Shown here piece after piece: positions 58,130-64,000 of a DNA stretch of 64,000 bases. The DNA is from Minisyncoccota bacterium (GTDB taxonomy: Bacteria; Patescibacteriota; Minisyncoccia; Phycocordibacterales; DATDWN01). Position 1 is the stretch's first letter. The number at the start of each line of letters is the position of its first letter. The stretch is taken from the NCBI GenBank assembly GCA_041674105.1, contig JBAYWK010000001.1, positions 82,190 through 146,189 on the forward strand, written 5' to 3'. A model generated the notes under the pieces. The model had not been told where the DNA came from. It saw nothing but the letters and a program-made list of their open reading frames with translations, and ran no database searches. A program made the translations under genes and the position numbers.

Positions 58130-60067
58130 GTGGAATATCTAAAATCTCTAAATAATGAACAAAAAGAGGCCGTCCTTTCCACCGAAGGACCTGTTTGTAT
58201 AGTTGCCGGAGCAGGAGCTGGTAAAACCAAAACTGTAACTTACAGAATATTCCACCTTATAAAAAAAGGTGTCCTTCCAGAAAATATACTAGCCATAACT
58301 TTCACAAATAAAGCAGCTAAAGAAATGAAAGAGAGGGTTTTTTCTTTGATGAAAGAAAATAACTTGAACCTGAATACAAAACCTCATATAAGTACCTTCC
58401 ACTCGCTGGGAGTATCAATAATAAGACAAAACCATAACGCCCTAAATGTATCTAAAAACTTTACTATTTTTGATAAAACAGACCAAAAGAAAGCCGTAAA
58501 AGACGCTTGTGTAAGCATTGGTCTAGAACCAAAAGAGTATGTGGACAAAATTTCTCACATAATCTCAAACGAAAAAAATAATGGGAATGATTTGTCTTCA
58601 TATCTAGAGAAAACATCTTCAGACTATTTAAGTGAAGCTACAAAAAATGTGTGGACACTGTATGAAAAGGTTCTTCAAAAAGAAAAAGCTTTGGACTTTG
58701 ATGATTTACTTTTAAAAATAGTTCATTTATTTAAAAGAAACGAGGATATACTAGAAAAATATCAAAATTTCTATAAATATATCCATGTAGACGAGTACCA
58801 AGATACAAATAAGATTCAAAATGAGATAGTTGAACTGCTTGCTAGAAAGCTAAGAAATCTATGTATTGTTGGAGATACAGACCAAAATATATATAGCTGG
58901 AGAGGAGCTCAAATAAAAAATATGCTCCATTTTGAAAGAAAATATCCAGAGGTAAAAACTTTTTTTCTAGAACAAAACTATAGATCAACCAAAAAAATAC
59001 TCCTGGTCGCCAATAAAATTATTGAAAAAAATAGCTTTAGAATACCAAAAAAACTTTTCACAGAAAATGAAGACGGTGGAAATATAGGCTTATTTCAGGC
59101 CAGAAATGAAACAGATGAAGCTCATTTTATAGCCCTCAAATCTTTGGATTTGATAAATAACGGAGTTTCACCAAACCAAATAGCCGTACTTTATAGAGCA
59201 AACTTTCAATCTAGAGCTTTGGAAGAAGCTTGCATTGGCTACAATGTTCCTTATCAAATGATTGGAACAAAATTCTTTGAAAGAAAAGAAATTAAAGATG
59301 TTTTTGCTTATATAAAAGCATCTATTTTAGGGGAAACAACAAGTGATTTTGTCAGAGCTATTTCTGTTCCACCTAGAGGAATAGGAAAGACTACTATCCA
59401 CAAAATATTAAACAACGAAGAAGGGGCATTGCCTCCTTCCACCAAAATAAAAATAAAACAATTTAGAGAACTCCTTTCTGAATTTCAAAAAACTTTAACT
59501 ACCCAAAAACCAAGTGAAGCAATAAAATTTATAATAACCCAATCTGGTTTAGATAAAATGTACGATACGAAAAAAGAAGAGGATATGGAAAGATTGGAAA
59601 ACATTATGGAGCTCGTCTCTCTAGCTACCCATTATGACGAAATGCCTCCAGAAGATGCTATAAACCAATTTTTAACAGATGGAGCTCTTGTTTCAGACCA
59701 AGACAACATAGATGAAACCAAAGAGGGAATACACCTAATGACTGTTCATGCCTCAAAAGGTTTAGAGTTTGATTATGTTTTTGTCTGCGGTCTAGAAGCC
59801 GACCTATTTCCTCATAATAGATTTAACGAATCCAAAAAATCAGGAGAAGATTCTGAAGAAGAGAGAAGACTTTTCTATGTAGCTGTAACCAGAACGAAGA
59901 AGAAACTCTTTTTGACCTTTGCCCAAACTAGAACTATTTTTGGAACAACCCAAATAAATGCTCCATCAGAATTTCTAGAAGACATACCAGAAGAATATAC
60001 AGAAAAGGAAAGCTATGGCTCACAGCCCCTAAAAAGTCATAAAGTTCTATATAGTATTGACTTTTAA
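58130..60067 (+). CDS. pcrA: UvrD/PcrA-family ATP-dependent DNA helicase (GTG start).
   Basis: Walker A is VAGAGAGKTKT and helicase motifs I-VI are present. Confidence 0.85.
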   Translation: MEYLKSLNNEQKEAVLSTEGPVCIVAGAGAGKTKTVTYRIFHLIKKGVLPENILAITFTNKAAKEMKERVFSLMKENNLNLNTKPHISTFHSLGVSIIRQNHNALNVSKNFTIFDKTDQKKAVKDACVSIGLEPKEYVDKISHIISNEKNNGNDLSSYLEKTSSDYLSEATKNVWTLYEKVLQKEKALDFDDLLLKIVHLFKRNEDILEKYQNFYKYIHVDEYQDTNKIQNEIVELLARKLRNLCIVGDTDQNIYSWRGAQIKNMLHFERKYPEVKTFFLEQNYRSTKKILLVANKIIEKNSFRIPKKLFTENEDGGNIGLFQARNETDEAHFIALKSLDLINNGVSPNQIAVLYRANFQSRALEEACIGYNVPYQMIGTKFFERKEIKDVFAYIKASILGETTSDFVRAISVPPRGIGKTTIHKILNNEEGALPPSTKIKIKQFRELLSEFQKTLTTQKPSEAIKFIITQSGLDKMYDTKKEEDMERLENIMELVSLATHYDEMPPEDAINQFLTDGALVSDQDNIDETKEGIHLMTVHASKGLEFDYVFVCGLEADLFPHNRFNESKKSGEDSEEERRLFYVAVTRTKKKLFLTFAQTRTIFGTTQINAPSEFLEDIPEEYTEKESYGSQPLKSHKVLYSIDF

Positions 60068-60093
60068 CTATTTAAATGGTTTTATAGTTTAAT

Positions 60094-60873
60094 ATGCTTC
60101 CTAAAAAATCTCTTGGACAGAACTTTTTAATATCACCTTACCCTGTGTCAGACATTATAAAAACCTCTAACATAAAAAAGGGTGATGTTGTACTAGAAAT
60201 AGGGCCGGGTAAAGGTATTTTGACCTCATCTTTACTCCTAGCTGGAGCAGTTGTCTTCTGTGTAGAAAAAGACCGAGAGCTCATACCTTTTTTAAAAGAA
60301 AAGTTTAAAAAAGAAATAAAACAAAAAAGACTAAATATTTTGGAAGGAGATATCCTTTTGTTTGATATAGAAAAGACCTTGAAAGAGGACTACAAACTCA
60401 TAGCAAATATTCCATACTACATAACAGGGCAAATTATTCGTAAGTTTTTGGAAACAAAAAATAAACCAAAAGATATTGTTTTACTTGTTCAAAAAGAAGT
60501 AGCTGAAAGAATTGTGGCAAAAGATAAAAAAGAAAGTCTTTTGTCTATAAGTGTAAAATTTTATGGAAAACCTTTTTACATAAGGACTGTCTCCAAGGGT
60601 TCTTTTTTACCAAAACCAAAAGTTGATTCTGCTATTTTGCATATAAAAGATATTGATTCTAGCAAATCGAAAGATCTCGATAGTGAAAAGTTTTTTGAAA
60701 TTTTACACTTAGGCTTTGCTCATAAAAGAAAACAGCTCCTACCAAATTTGGCAAGAGTGTTTTCAAAAGAGAAGGCTTTGCAAGCTTTTTCCGAAATAAA
60801 TCTAAATCCTAAAACTAGACCGGAAAATCTTTTATTGGAAGATTGGATAAACCTATCTCGTAAACTAGTCTAA
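60094..60873 (+). CDS. rsmA: 16S rRNA (adenine1518/1519-N6)-dimethyltransferase KsgA/RsmA.
   Basis: SLGQNFLISPY…VLEIGPGKGILT. Confidence 0.9.
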   Translation: MLPKKSLGQNFLISPYPVSDIIKTSNIKKGDVVLEIGPGKGILTSSLLLAGAVVFCVEKDRELIPFLKEKFKKEIKQKRLNILEGDILLFDIEKTLKEDYKLIANIPYYITGQIIRKFLETKNKPKDIVLLVQKEVAERIVAKDKKESLLSISVKFYGKPFYIRTVSKGSFLPKPKVDSAILHIKDIDSSKSKDLDSEKFFEILHLGFAHKRKQLLPNLARVFSKEKALQAFSEINLNPKTRPENLLLEDWINLSRKLV

Positions 60874-60875
60874 TA

Positions 60876-62900
60876 CTATTTCAGTTGATTTAATTGTTCT
60901 TGAAGAAGACTAACTTGTGACAAAAGTACTGTTATTTGACTCTGAATATCCTGAACTTGCTTTGCAGTTAGAGCAACTTTTTGTGTAGAACCAGTGGTAC
61001 TTGTTTGAGTAGTTCCTGTAGAAGTTATAGTGACACCTTCAGATTTCTTTATAGTATTTACATTACTCATAAAGCTTTCTGGGCTGTTGTATCCACTATT
61101 AACAGCATACCCATAATATTTTCCTACTTCTTCGCTGTTTCTGTTTATAAACAGGAATCTGGCAAACTCGTCTTCACATCTCATAAAGCGTTGGGCCATA
61201 CCCCAGGTGTAAGCATTTCCATAGAAAGAAGCTGGATTATAAGCTCTTATATCTTTGAGATCTGTTGCTTCTCCGGGCTGTGCAGTGAGTGATACTCCAA
61301 GTAAACTCAAAACTTTCTCATGTCCAACTTTTGAAATTTTTTGATCTGTAAGAATCCAAGTGTCTCCTTTCTTCAAAAGAAGATTGTCTTCTGAATTTAT
61401 CCCTGATGTTTTCTCATATGGATTAAACCCAATATTTCCAAAATATATAGGAGTAGGAGCAGTAGCTACACCTCCGACATATGTTACTTCTGGACTATCG
61501 TACCAAAAACCTCTGTAATACTCACCTTGACTCGCAGATCTCAAGACACTTCCCAAATAAAACTTTGAGTCCTGTTGAGTTACACCAGTTGGAGATGTCC
61601 ACAAAGCACAAGATGTTGAATACGCTGGAACCTTGCTAGCTAATGGTTTTTCAAAAACTAGAGGTGTATACACTTGAGGAGTAAAAACAACTCCTGTACT
61701 GCCTGTATTTACACTTGTAGAACCTGTATTTGTGGTGCTTGTACACTTGGAATTCATGTAGTCTCTAGTGCTTTTGCCAAAATAACCAGTGCCTTGTGTC
61801 AAATTAACTGGTGTCAGTATTTGAGAAGTATACTTCTCTTGATATGCCACTACTCCAGCAAAAACTGTTTGATCGAATGAATTACTTTGAGAAGATAGGA
61901 GTCCTTCTGCAACAAGTCTGGCTGTCAGGTTTGTAACATCTAGACCTGTACTGCCAAGCTTTAAATCTGAGTTGAAAACATAACAAGCTGAATTTGTACC
62001 AGAAGAAGCACTTGTACCACCTGTAGTTGTTTGTGTACCAGTATTTGTATTCAAACCAATACTACCTATTGAACCCATTGACTTGTTGAAGTCATCAAAC
62101 AGAGAATCTACCAGTTTTCTGGCTAGATTTACAGGAGTATCTGAACCGACAGATGAGTTTGTAGTACTACTTCCGCCAGTAGAACCCGTGTTTGTTATCG
62201 GCTGTGTTGTAGGTGTTTGAGATGTTGAAGTTTGGCAAGAAGAATTTTCTACATTTTTCTTTATTTCATCAAGTGGCATATTTAAGTTAACGGTGCCGTC
62301 AATGCCTAATCTATAGGTCATCATATAACGTATAGTATTTAATCCTCCATAACATTCAAATTTTGGATTCCATAGATTTTCAAAAGCGTATTTGGCTATA
62401 TCGTCTCTACCAATCAAGAACCAATCTGCAAAAGCTTCAAGTGTGACAGCGGTATTATTGTTTCGCCCGTCATATAGTGTCCACGATCCGGGAGGAACAT
62501 TTCTTCCTGAATTTGAACCGCAAATTACATTTGTCACTCTTCCTGCAGCAATTTCTTGGAGAGGGCAACTTCCAGGGGTATTGTATATTTTAACATTTAG
62601 ACCTAGGAGTTCGGCTATTTTTCTACCACCAAAATCACTTAACCATCTGTTGTTTATAGTCCATTTTTGACCATTATCAACATTTGTCCCAGCCCAAGTG
62701 TCAAAAGGATCAGCCCCAAAGGAACCCCATCCATTTGGCATAGCAGCAGAAACACTTCCATCTGCATTTATGATTGGGTTACCCCAAACATAAGGTGTAC
62801 CTGTAAAGTTTGTAGCTGGATTAGACTGAGCCGAAGCGAAACTAAATACTCCGCAAAAAACAAAAATTGATAAAACTAACCTGTATAATATTTTTTTCAT
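60876..62900 (-). CDS. Secreted 674-aa protein with Thr/Ser/Gly-rich linkers, a PG_binding_1-like domain and a C-terminal coiled coil.
   Basis: A signal peptide is present. LGSTGLDVTNLTARLVAEGLL…FDQTVFAGVVAYQEKY resembles the putative peptidoglycan-binding domain. Confidence 0.5.
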   Translation of the reverse strand: MKKILYRLVLSIFVFCGVFSFASAQSNPATNFTGTPYVWGNPIINADGSVSAAMPNGWGSFGADPFDTWAGTNVDNGQKWTINNRWLSDFGGRKIAELLGLNVKIYNTPGSCPLQEIAAGRVTNVICGSNSGRNVPPGSWTLYDGRNNNTAVTLEAFADWFLIGRDDIAKYAFENLWNPKFECYGGLNTIRYMMTYRLGIDGTVNLNMPLDEIKKNVENSSCQTSTSQTPTTQPITNTGSTGGSSTTNSSVGSDTPVNLARKLVDSLFDDFNKSMGSIGSIGLNTNTGTQTTTGGTSASSGTNSACYVFNSDLKLGSTGLDVTNLTARLVAEGLLSSQSNSFDQTVFAGVVAYQEKYTSQILTPVNLTQGTGYFGKSTRDYMNSKCTSTTNTGSTSVNTGSTGVVFTPQVYTPLVFEKPLASKVPAYSTSCALWTSPTGVTQQDSKFYLGSVLRSASQGEYYRGFWYDSPEVTYVGGVATAPTPIYFGNIGFNPYEKTSGINSEDNLLLKKGDTWILTDQKISKVGHEKVLSLLGVSLTAQPGEATDLKDIRAYNPASFYGNAYTWGMAQRFMRCEDEFARFLFINRNSEEVGKYYGYAVNSGYNSPESFMSNVNTIKKSEGVTITSTGTTQTSTTGSTQKVALTAKQVQDIQSQITVLLSQVSLLQEQLNQLK

Positions 62901-62981
62901 AAAATTTAATTTAACAACCTGTTATGCACAGAATTATAACATTTTAATATTATTAAATATGTTATAATTATCCACATATTC

Positions 62982-63920
62982 ATGAAGGCTCCGACTCAAA
63001 AAACTATTTTTATACTCATTATTTGTTTAGCTTCTGTTTTTGCGGTGTGGATATTTAGTAAACAGACTAAAAAAATTGCCGAAAAGAACACAACTCTATC
63101 CGTTATTGAAACTCCTAAAAAAATAGATTCTGCTGATTCTGACGAGGATGACTTAGAAGATTGGATGGAAACCTTACTTGGAACAGACCCCCAAAACAAA
63201 GATACGGATGGAGATGGAACAGAAGATGGAAAAGAAGTCAGAGAGGGAAGAGATCCTAGAATAAAAGGGCCAAATGATAAAAATCCGTATATAATGAATA
63301 ATCTAGTAGCCCCAAGTAAAGCTACAACAACCAAAACAAGCCAAGATGATACACTGACAGATGAAGTTTCTAAAGATCTTTTAGGTAGATATATGCTACT
63401 TAAACAATCCGGAGGACAAATAAGTTCTGACCAAGCAGGTCAAATAGCTGAACTGAGTTTAGACAACCCAGACAACCAAATAAAAGGAGTTATTTACATA
63501 TCAAGTGACCTAAATATCACTAAAAATACTGACAAAGCAACAGCAGGAGCATACGAAAAAGCTTTTGAAGACAGCGTGAGTAGAAATTTCACAGGAAAAG
63601 TCGGCAGAGAACTGCTCATTTTGGAAGACTCTTTAAAACTTGAGGATGAGGAGGAAATAAAAAAACTTGACCCTATAATAGTTTATTATGAGAATTTTAT
63701 AAAAGAAATGACAAAGATTTCTGTCCCAATAGATGCTGTTGGTCTACATTTAGAAAGCATAAATAACGCAAGTCTAATGTTAGAACACATAAAAGCTATG
63801 CGTAAAATATATGAAGACCCTATTAGAGCTTTTATCGCCACTTCAACATACGGAGATGTCTTTGAAAACATAACTATTTCTGTCCAGAAACTTGACAAGT
63901 ATTTTGATTCGAAAAAATAA
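62982..63920 (+). CDS. Membrane-anchored hypothetical protein with a DxDxDG calcium-binding-like motif.
   Basis: A TM anchor is followed by DTDGDGTEDGKE. Confidence 0.45.
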   Translation: MKAPTQKTIFILIICLASVFAVWIFSKQTKKIAEKNTTLSVIETPKKIDSADSDEDDLEDWMETLLGTDPQNKDTDGDGTEDGKEVREGRDPRIKGPNDKNPYIMNNLVAPSKATTTKTSQDDTLTDEVSKDLLGRYMLLKQSGGQISSDQAGQIAELSLDNPDNQIKGVIYISSDLNITKNTDKATAGAYEKAFEDSVSRNFTGKVGRELLILEDSLKLEDEEEIKKLDPIIVYYENFIKEMTKISVPIDAVGLHLESINNASLMLEHIKAMRKIYEDPIRAFIATSTYGDVFENITISVQKLDKYFDSKK

Positions 63921-64000
63921 AACTTTTCAACACAGTTGGCTAGCTTTTAAAAGACATAGTGTTATATAATTGACCTATATAATACTATGTCTTTTTACAA

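Noticed and set aside
1-64000. Possible alternative genetic code (UGA as Gly, seen in some CPR lineages such as Gracilibacteria and SR1).
   Set aside because: Long conserved proteins (EF-G, EF-Tu, PilB, RecJ, Pgk) are intact under the standard code with TGA as stop. The only in-frame stop found, in comM, is TAA.
1-64000. CRISPR arrays, rRNA genes, prophage or integrase cassettes.
   Set aside because: No regularly spaced direct repeats, no rRNA-like conserved stretches and no phage structural genes were seen. The only recombinase is a XerC/D-like housekeeping type.

Overview
This is an AT-rich (about 33% GC) bacterial chromosomal window read in the standard genetic code; full-length conserved proteins such as EF-G and EF-Tu argue against UGA recoding. 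Gene content and organisation look like a reduced-genome, CPR/Patescibacteria-like organism, though I cannot name the lineage from sequence alone.

The core of the window is the str/S10 ribosomal-protein region on the minus strand, and it is unusually fragmented:
- Gene order is rpsL-rpsG | (antisense HhH gene) | fusA | 1156-aa repeat-containing protein | 95-aa ORF | tuf-rpsJ | 92-aa ORF | rplC-rplD-rplW-rplB | four enzyme-like non-ribosomal genes | 600-bp non-coding gap with a GC-rich island | rpsS-rplV-rpsC.
- Several of these fragments carry their own sigma70-like promoters and intrinsic terminators.

Other housekeeping loci are present:
- A type IV pilus cluster (pilB, pilC and three minor or pseudopilins).
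- Glycolysis genes pgk and tpiA.
- DNA metabolism genes recjJ, rnhA, xth, a xerC/D-like recombinase, comM, pcrA/uvrD, and comEC split into two ORFs.
- RNA and protein factors nusA, ppa, a tig lacking the PPIase domain, rsmE, clpP, rny, hup, cca, rpsO, ksgA/rsmA and rpmB.
- Four tRNAs: Gly-UCC, Pro-UGG, Gly-GCC and Arg-UCG.

The most unusual features are in the non-coding fraction:
- Three families of short structured repeats (A, B, C), each in two copies. Family B shows compensatory base changes that preserve its terminal stem.
- A tRNA-Pro flanked by duplicated 5' and 3' tRNA halves whose spacers are mutually complementary.
- A tRNA-Gly with an att-like 20-bp duplication of its 3' end.
- A 20-bp inverted repeat enclosing a 39-codon ORF.
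- A roughly 300-nt candidate ncRNA ending in an intrinsic terminator.
- Over-represented perfect DnaA boxes in intergenic DNA.
- comM interrupted by a single in-frame TAA.

No CRISPR array, rRNA or obvious prophage was seen.
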